A stretch of DNA of 64,000 bases from the human T2T-CHM13v2.0 reference genome, Homo sapiens. The stretch lies in NCBI RefSeq assembly GCF_009914755.1, contig NC_060937.1; one strand, 5' to 3'. The notes under the pieces are model-generated. The model searched no databases, had not been told where the DNA came from, and saw only the letters and a program-made list of their open reading frames with translations. Positions 30,536 to 44,655 of the stretch are shown here, one piece after another. Position numbers and translations under genes: made by a program. Each line of letters opens with the position of its first letter. Position 1 is the first letter of the stretch.

Positions 30536-32532
30536 ATGCCGTAAGGCATTGTTAAAGAAAAAAATATATATATATAGCAAGCAACCAGTAATTCATAGAG
30601 GTGAATAGCTACACTTATTAATAACAGAAGCAGACAGTTAACAGGAAGATCAGGGAAAGAGACAAAGAACCTTGGGGAAACCACTGTCATCCCCAAATAG
30701 CTGCGCATACACTCAGGACTGTAACATTGGAGAAGCAACATTGGAGACTGCAAATTATGGAAGTAATCTACATCATTAAAGCAGTCCAGTCAAGTTGCCA
30801 AACATATAAGCAAGCAAAAAATAACAGAAAAAGTCCCAAGGTCAGTGGGTCAGTATATACAGTTGTTATTACAAATTGTCTAAAATGTCATAATAATTAT
30901 GAGACATTCATAAAAATAGGAGAGTGTAACCCGTAAATGGACAAAAGCATGCAACATAAATTGCCTTACAGAAGGCCAACATGTTGGATTGAGCAGACAG
31001 GACATAAAAGCCACTATTATTAAGCTAAAAAAAACTAAAAGATATTAGGTATATAATGGTATTTTTGGTTCAATAATGTATATATAAATGTAACATATTT
31101 TGACAAAAGCAGCACAAGGGAGGTTGGTGTGAGTACAAATGCATTGGAATGAGAAAATGCCACCAGATGGTAACTTCACACCACATCCACAAAAATGAAG
31201 AGAACCAGGGATAGTAAATAAGAAGGTTAATATAAGAAACTAAAAAAAAAAAAAAAACTATTTGATTTTATTTCTATTCCAATCTCCTTTAAAAATTCTA
31301 GTAAAAATAGTAATAAGGTATTATTGGGTTTTTAAAATATATAGATGTAATATATAAAAATAATAGTGCAATAAAGGAGGTGAGGGAATATAAGTATACA
31401 GGAGTAGCACTCACATATCTCACTGAAATTAGGTAAGTATGAGTCTAAAGTGGATTTTGATGATATTAGGTTTATAAGCCCATTATATTACCATTAAGGA
31501 AATGACTCAAAAACTGTAGCAAAGAAGTCATTAAACAGAATTAAAACGTAACATTAAAAATATTTATTCAGTGCAGAAACAAAAGTCTGTAGAAGATGTA
31601 CAAAATAACAAAATACATTACATATTTCTAAAACAACAAATAAAATAGCAGATGCAAATAAAACTATATTAATAATTACATTAATTATGAATGAACTAAA
31701 AGGTCCAATTAAAAAATAGAACAGTCAAATTTAATAAAAATATAAAACTAATTATATGCTACATATACAAGACACACTCCAAAGATATGAAAAGGTTGAA
31801 AATAAATGGATAGAACAAAACATGTCATGCAAACTGCAACTATAAGAAAGCAAACCATTTATCAGACAAAATAGAATTAAACTAGAAAATGTTACTTGAA
31901 AAAAGGGGGAACATTGCAGAATGATGAAAATAACAATCCATGAGGAAGACATGGAAACAAACACAGAGCCCTAAAATAGAAGCAAAAACTGAAATAATTG
32001 AAGGGAGAAATAGACGATTCAGAAACAATAGTTGGAGACTTTAATACTCCACCTCCAAAAATTGATGGAACAACTACACAGAAATGAACGAAGAAATAGA
32101 AGATGTAAATAACACAATAAACAAACTAAGGCTCACAGACATTACAGGACATTCTGCAGAAAGAGCACAAAACAAAACAACAACAACAAAAGAATACACT
32201 TTCTCCTCAAGTACACATGGAATATTTTCTAGGATGCATCACATAATGGAACATAAAAAAAGCATTTGTACATTTTACATTAGTAAAATCATACAGATCT
32301 TCTCTGACAACAGAATATTGAAATTAGAATTCAGTAACATAAAGAGGTTTGGGAAATTCACAAATTTGTAAGAATTAAATACTGCACTCATAAACACCAT
32401 CCCTATGGTCAAAGAATAAATCACAAGTAATATTGGAAAATTAATTGACATGAATGAAAACAGAAACACAACACACTTACAGGATGGAGCTGCAGCAGTG
32501 CTTTGAGAGAAATGTATAGCTATAAATGACTA

Positions 32533-32831
32533 TTTTGTTTTTTGTTTGTTTGTTTGTTTTTGAGATGGAGTCTTGCTCTGTTGCCCAGGCTGGAGGGCAG
32601 TCACACTATCTTGGCTCACTGCAGCCTCTGTCTCCCAGGTTCAAGTGATACTCCACCTCTGCCTCCTAAGTACCTGGGACTACAGGCATGCACCACCACA
32701 CCTGGCTGATTTTTGTATTTTTAGTAGAGATGGGGTTTCACCATGTTGGCCGGGCTGGTCTCGACTGGTGATCTGCCCGCCTTGGCCTCCTAAAGTGCTG
32801 GGATTACAGGCATGAGCCACTGCACCCAACC
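32533..32831 (-). mobile_element. AluS-type SINE
   Basis: Full dimer with TSD ATAAATGACTATTTT (32522-32536) / ATAAATAACTATTTT (32832-32846). Confidence 0.95.
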
Positions 32832-34070
32832 ATAAATAACTATTTTTAAGAAAGAAAATCTCAAATTAATAACCAAACCTTCTACACTAAATGCTGGAAA
32901 ATAAAGAGCAAACTAAAAAAAAAAAAAAGTTTAGAATGAAAATGAATGAAATAGAGAATATGGAATGGAAACAAAATAAATAAAACCAAAGTTGTTTCTG
33001 TTAAGGGATTCTTTTTCTAAAAAGGACACATGTTTACCTAGACTGTTCACAATACAGAAGACTCAAAAAATTCAGGAAGGGAGAAGGGACATTCCTTTTG
33101 ACTAAGAAAGAGGAAAAAATTAGTTTTCAAAAGAGTACTATGAGCAAGACAATATGCCTAGATGAGATGCACAAATTCCTAGGATGCAAATTACCACAAC
33201 TGACTCGGGAAAATATTGATTATAGGAATAAACGTATAACAGTTAAAGAGAATAAATTAATGTTATCCCACACAGAAAAACTCAGTCTCAGGTGGCTTCA
33301 CTGGTGTATGTAACCAAATTAAAAAAAAAATGGGGACTGAGTACCAATTTTTCATAAAACCTTCAAAATATAAGAGAATGCCTCATCAATTTAACATCCA
33401 AATATCAATTAATGTAATTATCATGTAAATACATATTTATATGAAATAAACCTAAAAGTTACATGATCATCTCAATAGATACAGAGACAACATTTTTAAA
33501 AAATCCAGTATCATTTCATGATAAAACCATTGGTATGTTCATGGATTAAAATGCTTAATATTTTTATAATGGTTATAATTCCTAAATTGATCTAAAGATT
33601 CATAGATATTTGAGCTGGTTTTTGAAGCAGTTTTTTTGGGAGGAGGAGTCTATTGAATGTGTATATGTTTAACGTTTATACGTTAACATTTACGTTCAGT
33701 TGATCTTTACAAGACTGTCAATACAATTCATTTGGAATAAAGTTTTTTCAGCAACCTCTTTCTATCACCATACACAAAAAATAACTTAGTCATAAACTTA
33801 AATATAAAAGAGCTAAAATTATAAAACTCTTAGATGAAAACACAAGGATAAACCTCAGTGACCTGGGTTTAGGCAAACCTTCTTAGATATGATACTAAAA
33901 ATAAGAGCAACAAGAGATAAAGAGAAAAACTGGACTGCATTAAAGTGAATAAAAAAGGTTTTGCTTAAAAGGATATTATTAAGAAGGTGAAAAGCAAATC
34001 ACAGAATGGGAAATAATATTTGCAAATTATATTTATATAAGGGACTTGTAACCAGGACATACAAGATCAT

Positions 34071-35306
<1,236 letters not shown>

Positions 35307-35582
35307 CTATCGCAAGAACAAAAAACCAAACACCGCATATTCTCACTCATAGGTGGGAATTGAACAATGAGATCACATGGACACAGGAAGGGGAATATCA
35401 CACTCTGGGGACTGTGGTGGGGTGGGGGGAGGGTGGAGGGATAGCATTGGGAGATATACCTAATGCTAGATGACGAGTTAGTGGGTGCAGCGCACCAGCA
35501 TGGCACATGTATACATATGTAACTAACCTGCACAATGTGCACATGTACCCTAAAACTTAAAGTATAATAATAAAAAAAAAAA

Positions 35583-36317
35583 GAAATGCTGATGGGAAAC
35601 TTTATAATAAGTGGATCAGATAGACCACATCTATCCCACTGTTATATCTTAGCATCTCAAAAAAGAGATCATAGATGTTTTGTGTGTTCTGATGTGGTGT
35701 GGTAGGAAGTATACCATAAGCCTATGAAGTTTTCTTGCTAAAATAAAATCTGAATCTGAGCAAGCCTCTAGATTTCGATTCTAATTTTCAGGAAATGCAA
35801 GGGACAGAGGACCATACAATTAGCAAAATACAGAATGTGTGTAACTACAATACAGTTTACTAGTTTTTTCTGTAAGTAAATTGGAAGAAAAAGTGAGAGA
35901 AACCCATAGATTAAAAGATACTTCAAGACATGTGTTAGCCAAACGCAGTATATGTGGGTCTATTGATTTGAACAAACCAACTGTTTAAAAAAAGTGGTTT
36001 TTCCCTGTAAATTTGGGACATTGACTAAATAATTTGATATTAAGGAATTATAGTCATTTTCTGAGGTGTAAAAACAAAAATTTAAGTCCTTGTTTTCAGA
36101 GATATATACTACAATAATAATGAATGAAATGTCTGAGGCTTGCTTCAGAATAACCCAGTTTGTGGACGGAGGGTGTCTGAAGGTATGGAGGAAACAAGAT
36201 AGGCCATGTGTTGATAATTGTTGAAAATGGGTGATGGGTATGTGGTGGTTCATTGTAATGTTCTCTCTCATTTGGTGAATGTTTTTAGATTTCCATAATA
36301 AAAAGTTTTAAAAGTTT
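35583..36317 (+). mobile_element. Ancient L1 3'UTR (L1MC5/L1ME-like) carried as 3'-transduced DNA
   Basis: AATCTGAATCTGAGCAAGCCTCTAGAT..ATAGATTAAAAGATACTTCAAGACAT..TTGATAATTGTTGAAAATGGGTGATGGGTA..TTTCCATAATAAAAAG. Lies between two poly(A) tracts inside the TSD. Confidence 0.75.
36297..36302 (+). terminator. AATAAA polyadenylation signal used by the transducing transcript
   Basis: AATAAA lies 15 nt upstream of the 19-nt poly(A) that abuts the 3' TSD. Confidence 0.75.
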
Positions 36318-37389
36318 AAAAAAAAAAAAAAAAAAAGAAAAGGCATCCTAATTTTTTAAAAGTGAAAAGTATCTGAATGCACATTTTCCACACGATGTTT
36401 GCAAATTGGTAATGAAAACCTAAAATGATGCTCCATCTCCTCAGCCATTATGAAATTGTAACTCAAAATCAAAATGAGATACTATTTCACATAAACTAGG
36501 ATGTGCATAACAAAAAAGGACAGAAGGTATTAAGGCTTGGAAAGGAGGTGAAGAAATTGAAATGCTTATAGATTGCACTTGGGAATATAAAATGGCACAA
36601 CCATTTTTGAAAATATTTGGCAGTCCCTCAAAAACGTAAAGCTATCGTATGTCCCAGCAATTCTGCTCCTGTGTATATATCCCAGAGGAATAAAAATGTA
36701 TGTCCGCACTAAAACTTGCATGTACAACAATGTTTATAGCAGAATTATAGGCAGAGAAAAATTGGAAATAGAGCAAATGTCTGTTAACTGGCAATTTATC
36801 AAATAAAATACAATAAATCCACAATGGCATATTCATCAACAAAATGGAATGGGTTACTGGTACATGATAAAATGTGCATGAACCTTTAAAACATACCACT
36901 ACATAAAAGAAGCCACAAAAGACCACATATAGCATGAATTTATTTATATGAAATGTGTGGAATTACAAATAAATACAGAAAATAGATAACTGTTACATAG
37001 AGCTGGATGTGTTTGGAGGGAAATAAGGAGTGACTGATAAAGAGTATGCAGTCTCTTCTGTGTGAGGCAATGTTGTAAAATTGATTGTGGTGATATTTTG
37101 CAACTCTGTGAATATACTAGGAAACAATCTTATACTTTAAATAAGTTAATTTTATGGTATTGTGAATTGCATCTCAATAAAGCTGTCTAAAAAATAATTT
37201 AAAAATACCACTCAACCTTGGAAACCTGTCTTATATCCATCAATTCCACTTATATTTACCTGTTTTTCAACTTAAAAAGATCTGATGTATTAAATAAAGT
37301 ACTTATTTAGATTACAGACTTATTTTTCCTTAGTCATAATTTAACTCTTGTGGGGCAGGAATTTTTCATTCTGCTTTTTTCATTGATAT

Positions 37390-38248
37390 TGTTGCAGGAA
37401 TCAAGGGACAGGAGAGACCAATGGGTGGGACAGGAGGATTTATTTAGGTGCGCACCAGCCCAGCAGATTAACATCCAAAGGCTGAGCCACGAACAAAGAC
37501 AGGGCTTGACTTTTATACATGCATTCGAAAGGGGTTTGGGCAGCTTGATGGTGCTAAACCTGTAGGGCTGGCAAGCAAATTTACAGAAGCAGAACAAAAG
37601 CAGTTTGTTAAACAGTGACAGGTTTTGCAACTTAGGCATATCTTGTGACCTTGCCGTGCCACCCAGAAGGGGAAAGACAGGAACTTACAAAACTTGCAAA
37701 AACAATTATGAGAATGGTAAGGGTGAAAGGGGAAGCTGAAAGAGGAGAAAAACTTGTTTTTCTTATCCTTGCTCCGAGATGGGAGGGAGAGGCTCTGGAA
37801 CCCATCCCTTAAGGGCTCTGGCTCTGCAGACAGTGCTATCAAATCCCTGCCAGAGCCATGCCTGTTGCTGGGCCTTGGAGTGAGTCAGCCTAGTACAAGA
37901 AAACTTGTTTTTCTTTTTTCTTTTTTTTTGAGACGGAGTCTCACTCTGTCCCCAGGCTGGAGCGCAGTGGTGTGATCTAGACTCACTGCAAGCTCCACCT
38001 CCCAGGTTCACACCATTCTCCTGCCTGAGCCTCCTGAGTAGCTGGGACTACAGGTGTCTGCCACCACGCCCGGTTAATTTTTTTTTTTTTTTGTATTTTT
38101 AGTAGAGACTGGGTTTCACCATGTTAGCCAGGATGGTCTTGATCTCCTGACCTCGTGATCTGCCCGCCTCGGCCTCCCAAAGTACTGGGATTATAGGTGT
38201 GAGCCACTGTGCCTGGCCAACTTGTTTTTCTTTATATTTTCTGCTTCA
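37390..38248 (-). mobile_element. ERV1 solo LTR (LTR6/HERV-S71-like), interrupted by AluY
   Basis: TG...CA termini and a 4-bp TSD ATAT (37386-37389 / 38249-38252). Minus-strand TATAAAA (37511-37517) and AATAAA (37439-37444). Family name from recall only. Confidence 0.85.
37912..38218 (-). mobile_element. AluY inserted in the LTR
   Basis: GCAAGCTCC, GTTCACACCATTC, GTTAGCCAGGATGGTC. Perfect TSD AACTTGTTTTTCTTT (37902-37916 / 38219-38233). Confidence 0.95.
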
Positions 38249-39074
38249 ATATTTTTTAAGAACATATAAAAAAGCTATTATACTGTAGGAAGTTATACAC
38301 ATATGTGTATGTGTGTTAGTGTATCTTGCACAACTCTGTATACTGTGGAGGGAGGAGAGAGAGAGAGATGGGAAGGAGAGAAGGAGGATAATATGCTAAC
38401 AGTTGTGGTGTTTGGGATAGAAGAGTTGTAAGAGTTCTATTGCAGCTGTTTTGTAGAGTTGAAACCATTTCAAAATGAACAAAATGGTATAATGGCAATA
38501 AAATGATTGAATGTGTGTTTGAATGAAATACAATGCATAATGGAGTACAGAAATGGGAGTGAAAATAAACAACAGAATATGAGGAGTGCCCATGTTTATG
38601 AAAAAAAGTTGGAAAAGTAATATGAAATTACACAAACAAGAATATTTATCAAAATAGAAGACTGCAAGATATTTTCCCCAGAACATGAAAGTAATGAAAG
38701 TTATAGAATCTTACTGAGATTTCATATGAAATATTGACAGATGATAACCTTGATAATGTTAATCTGTATTCCTATTTTTTCACTTGATCCCTTCATGTGT
38801 TTTACAGGTATGGATCTAGGGAAAAAAAATAAGGAAAATTCTTTAATACTTCATCAGAATAGAGATATATCTGACAATAGCCCATGAAAACCAGTGCAAT
38901 TGTGTAATATTTCTCATTCCAAAAAGAGTATGATGTGGTATACAGGGAAGCTTTAATAAAATAGATGATTTATCTCCTTTCATCATGTCATTTATTAATT
39001 AGTTTTCAGAAATGAGATATTGGAGTTTCTTCACACCTTTAAAAAGCACAGAAGCAGAGATAATGTCCTTTTCC

Positions 39075-39350
39075 TTTTCTACCCTTGATGAACTCCAAGT
39101 CAGTCTTTAATATTTAACCAGTATTTATTTTTCAAAGATTTTCCTGGTACAGTCTGACTGAGTTCTCCATGTTCTGCTCTGCTGCATGTCTCTGTACCTG
39201 TAATGTAGCACAGATTGAATTGAAGTGACAATATTCCCATACTTCACTGCAAGTTTCTTAAAGATAGGTAACAGGGATAAACTCAGACATTAGAATACAT
39301 CTGATGCATAGTAAGCGTTGAAAGCTTGAGGAGTGAATGAGTAAATAGAA
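39075..39350 (+). mobile_element. L2 3'-end fragment
   Basis: CTGCAAGTTTCTTAAAGATAGG..TGCATAGTAAGCGTT..GAGTGAATGAGTAAAT. Confidence 0.5.
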
Positions 39351-40789
39351 AATGAATATCTAACACACTGCTCCATTCATGGTCTTTGAATCAATACAAC
39401 ATGTTGACTGATCCTAAATTGATTTCAATTATGAGCAAATAAGGCCCAAAAGAGAGACAGCAGCACTGTTAACTCTCTACTTCTCACATTAAATAGCTTT
39501 CTTGTTCTGTAAGTGAGAATATACATGGTACACTGACCTTCTTGAAAAAAAAAAAAGAAAAAAAAAAACACTACAATATGTTAGTTTGATTTGTGGTTTT
39601 GTCTCTTGCTCAAAAACTGATATTCAATGTCTGAGACAGAATAAGGAGAGTATGGGGTCAGAAAAATTGAGATGCTTGTATTTTTGCTTCCCAACTAAGG
39701 AATGCAATGTTCTAGAAAAAGATGAAAGAACAACGTAATAAATATTTATTTGGCCAAAAATATATAATGTTAATAATTAAATCTAACCCCAGTTAAGTTT
39801 TTTTTATAAATCATTATTAGTTAAATATAAAATTGAAGAATATTTAAACTTCAAGTGACTGATGGTAATATTTTTATAACTATTTCAATTAAATACTACT
39901 CTATTATACTCTAAGTTTATATAATTGTTTTATGACTCAGAAAGTTCTGTAGATGTGTGTGTAAAGCATTTTATTTATAATTATAATATTTGTAATACCT
40001 GAATTTATGAAACAACATTTCATCTGGGGAGAATCTTGAGCATGCCGTTCTCTAATGCAGTCTACATTAATATGTGATAAATGTTAAAAGTTAAGCAGTA
40101 ATATATAATGTTGTTTCTCAGATACACTGTGGTTGAATTAAAAATATCATCATCTTAAACTGCATAGGACCCATCAAAATTAAGAAAACAAAAATTTTCA
40201 GAGGGGGAGGAGGATAACAATAAAAGTAGTTAGCGAATTAGACAAAATTTCTAATGCTATATGAGTGGACAATTATTCTATTAGTTTTTACTATAAAATT
40301 TTTATTTTTATTAGTAAAAGTTTTAAGTATTACTTGCTTAAAATATGATCATGTAGTAAGAAAAACAAAAAAGCAAAGAAAAAGATTCAATAATCAGAGC
40401 TAATAAGAATGCTCAGTATGAGGAGCAATTGTGAGATCAAAACATTTAAACAATTTTTAAACACTAGTTTTAAAAGTACTCCACGCTATAGCATGAAATA
40501 TGTTTTTGAAATTTGAGTGATTTTTACAACATCCAAGTACATTTTCAAAGAAGATAAATATGTGGGTACATACCTCCCATTAATCAGGACATATTAAAAA
40601 TAAAACAAGTTTTACAGAGTGTTATTTTCATTTCTAGATTTTACATTATTCATTAAAGCAACAGACAATTCATAAGAGAAGAAATACAATGTTTTACAGA
40701 ATTAATGTTATATAATTTTGCTAAACATATTATATAACAGTGTTCCTATTTGTATTTTCACTATTGAAGCTCTAATTGAAGCTATATTG

Positions 40790-40950
40790 TAATAGAGTAT
40801 GGGATAATTGATTTTCTGTGCAGATGAATGTCTTATATTATTATAGGATTGTAGATTGCAAGAATATACACATTTGCCAAAACTATCAAAATAAATGCTC
40901 AACGTGTGTATATTTCACTGTATGCAATGATGCCTTAATTTTTAAAAGTC
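40790..40950 (+). mobile_element. Old L1 (L1ME-like) 3' terminus
   Basis: TATACACATTTGCCAAAACT..GTGTATATTTCACTGTATGCAA..CCTTAATTT. Confidence 0.5.
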
Positions 40951-41824
40951 AAAAAACACGGAGCACATGTCAGAAGTTGCTGCTTATTTACTCAAAAGAT
41001 CATACATGAAATTCAGTGATAACAAGTTCCCAAAACTAAATTATGAAGGCAGGAGTAATAGATTTCTTATATAGAGTAAATCCCAATTCTCCTGCTTTGT
41101 ACCAGAGTTCAAAAATTAAGGTTTCATTTACCAACAATGTGCCTCTATTGATTCTGTAAATTTCTCTTCGTATATAAATAATTAGGTCCCTGATGATAAT
41201 GCACTTTCTATTAAATTGAATCTAATATTTTAAGAGTAACAATACATTGTAAATTATTAGAAATACACTTAATTAGAGTTACGATATACATGACTTTAAA
41301 CTCAAAATGATATTTTTACAATAATAAAGTATAAATGAATTTTTAAATGTCTTCACTTTCACATCTGCTCTATTTAAAGCCACTAGTGAAAACTCCTGGA
41401 TGCAAGATGAAATATGACAATATGATATTAAATTCGAATATGAGATACAATAAAACCATTTTTAGTTTTTTAAGATTGTTACATTAGGTGTCAAAACAAT
41501 ACCAGCAAAATTTTAAAATAAAGAGCAATGTAGATCAAACATGATAAATTGCCTTCCAAAAGAGAATGCTAAAAAAATAGAAAATAAATTCACTATGAAA
41601 ATAAAATGCACATTTAAACAGAAAAGATTGTCTGCATAGCCCAACTTTATGAGATCTCTGTAATTTCACATATCATGACTTATAGATGGCATATGATATT
41701 TGACATAGGAAGAATTTGAAATGAAGAATCCAATCTAGAATGTAATATTGTAAGAAAACATAAGCAAACTGCTTGCTGAGCCAAGGTATTTTATTTCCTA
41801 ATAATTAAAATAAAAATTATACTA

Positions 41825-44655
41825 CGATTTTGTATTTTCAAAAAATTTGCATGGATACATAGTAGGTATATATGTTTATGGGTTTCATGAGTTTATTTGA
41901 TACAGGAATACAATGTATAATAATCAAATCAGAGTAAATGGGGAATACAGCACCTCAAGCATTTATCCTTTGTGTTACAAACAATCTAATTATACTCCTT
42001 TAGTTATTTTTAAATGTACAATAAATTATTGTTGACCATAGATACCCTATTTTGCTATCAAACACTAGATCTTAGTCATTCTATCTAATTATAATTTTGT
42101 ACCTGTTAACCATTCTCCCCACCTTCACCAACTACCCTTCCCAGCCTCTAGTAACCATCATTCTACTCTTTATCTCCATGAGTGTAATTGTTTTAATTTT
42201 TAGATTCTATACATAAGTGAGAACATGCAAAATTTGTCTTCCTGTGCCTAGCTTATTTCACTTAACATAATGACCTCCAGTTCCATCCATGTGGTTTCAA
42301 ATGACAGAATCTGTTTTTTATGGATGGATAGTATTCATCACGCATGTGCACCACATGTTCTTTGTCCATATGTCTGTTGATGGATATTTACATTGCTTCC
42401 AAATCAGCTATTGTGAATAGTGCTGCAATAAACATGGGAGTGCAGATATCTCTTTGATATACTGATTCCCTTTCTTTTGGGTATGTTACCCACCAGTGAG
42501 ATTGCTGGATCATGTGATAGTTCTATTTTTAGTTTTTGAGGAACCTCCAAATTGTTCTCCATAGTTGTTGTACTAGTTTACATTCCCACCAACACTGTAT
42601 GATGGTTCTCATTTTCCACATCCTCACCCACATTTGTTACTGCCTATCTTTTGGATAAAAGCCATTTTAACTAGGGTGAGATGATATCTCATTGTGGTTT
42701 TGATTTGCATTTCTCTAATGATTAATGATATTCAGCACCTTTTCACATACATCTTTGCCATTTATATGCTTCTTTGAGAAATATCTGTTCATATCTTTTG
42801 CCAATTTAAATAATTATAAATTATTATATTTTTACATACTGAGCTTTTAAAGCTTCTTATATACTCTGGCTATTAATCCCTTGTCAGATAGGTACTTTGC
42901 AAATATTTCCTTTCATTCTGTGTTTGCTTTGTTGTTGTTTCCTTTGCTGTGCAGAAGCTTTTTAACTTGATGTGATCCTATTTGTCCATATTTGCTTTTG
43001 TTGCCGGTGCTTGTGAGGTATTACTCAAGAAAACTTTGCCCAGTCCAAGGTTCTGGAGAGTTTCTCCAGTTTTATTTTAGTAGTGTCATAGTTTGAGGTC
43101 TTAAATGTAAGTATTCAATCCATTTAATTTGATTTTTGAAAAAGGCGAGACACAGTCTATTTTCATCCTTTTGCATATGGATAAACAGCTTTCCCAGCAA
43201 GATTAATTGAAGAGACTGTCCTTTCCCCAATGTACGTTCATGGCATCTTCACTGAAAATTAGTTTACTGTAGATTTATGGATTTATTTCTGGGTTCTCAA
43301 TTCTGTTTCAATGGTCTATGTGTCTCTTTTTATGCCAATACCATGATGTTTTCGTTATTATAGCTCTGTAGTATAACTTGAAGTCAGGTAACGTGATGTC
43401 TACAGCTTTGTTCTTTTTGCTTAGGATCGATTTGGCTATTCTATCTTTTGTGCTTCTATGTAAATATTAAGATTTTTTTATATTACTGTGAAGAATGTAA
43501 TTGGTATTTTTACAGGGATTGCATTGAATCTGCAGACTGCTTTTGGTGGAATGAACTTATTAACAACACTGATTCTTCCAATTCATGAACATGGAATATC
43601 TTTCCAATTTTTTGTCCCCTTCAATTTTTTGTTTCAATGTTTTCTAGTTTTCATTGTAGAGCTCTTTCACTTCATTGCTTTAGTTTATTCCTAGTATTTT
43701 AGTTTATTTGTAGCTATATAAATGAAAAAAATTGATTTATTTTTCAGATTGTTTGCTGTTGGCATATAGAAATGTTATTCATTTTGGTAAATTGATTTTT
43801 CATCCTGCAGCTTTACTGAATGTTTATCAGTTCTAATAGTTTTTTTACGGCATGCTTAGGTTTTCCCAAATATAAGGATAACTTGACTTCTCCTTTTCCA
43901 ATTTGGAAGCCATTTATTTCTTTCTCTTGTCTGACTGCTCTAGCTAGAACTTTCATTACTACGTTGAATAACAGTGGCAAAAGTGGGCATTCTTGCCAAG
44001 TTCCAAGTCTTAGAGGAAAGGCTTTCAGTTTTCCCCTTTCAATATGACACTACCTGTGGGTCTGTTGTATATGGTTTTTATTGTGTTATGTTCCTTCTCT
44101 ATTCGTTTTTTTGAGGATTTTTATCATGAACTTCTGTTAAATTTTATCAAACGATTTTTCAGCACCAATTGAAATGATCACATGGTTTTTTTAGTCCTTC
44201 ATTCTGTTGACATAATGTATCACATTGATTTGCATATGTGAGCCATCCTTGCATCTGTGGAATAAATCCTACTTGGTTAAGATGAATGATCTTTTTATTG
44301 TGTTTTTGAATTCAAGTTGGTAGTGTTTTGTTAGAGATTTTTGCATCAATGTTCATCAAGGACATTGGCCTGTAGTTTTCTTGTCCTGATGTGTCTTTGT
44401 TTGGTTTCATTATCAGGGTAATAGTGGTTTCATAGAATAAGTTTGAAAGTATTCCCTCCTCCTCTATTTTCAGAATAGTTTTGAGTAGGATTGGTTTCAA
44501 TTATTTAAATATCTGGTAAAATTTAGCAGTGAAGTAATTGGATTCCTGGCTTTACTTTGCTGGAAAACTTTTTATTATGACTTTAATCAATTTGGTGTTT
44601 CTGAAAGAAGAAGGATTGGTGGAGGCTTCTATTTGGCCATCTTTGTCTCTTCTTC
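41825..44655 (-). mobile_element. L1MA2/3-like LINE-1: 3'UTR, distal ORF2 and a directly fused extreme 5' end
   Basis: 3'UTR CACCTCAAGCATTTATCCTTTGTGTTACAAACAATC. ORF 44312-44500 ([20 protein letters not shown]...[15 protein letters not shown]). Minus-strand AAGATGGCCAAATAGAAGCCTCCACCAATC at ~44614-44643. Confidence 0.9.

Noticed and set aside
33665-33690. Small imperfect hairpin ATGTTTAACGT-TTAT-ACGTTAACAT
   Set aside because: Short, AT-rich and inside a decayed L1. No evidence of function.
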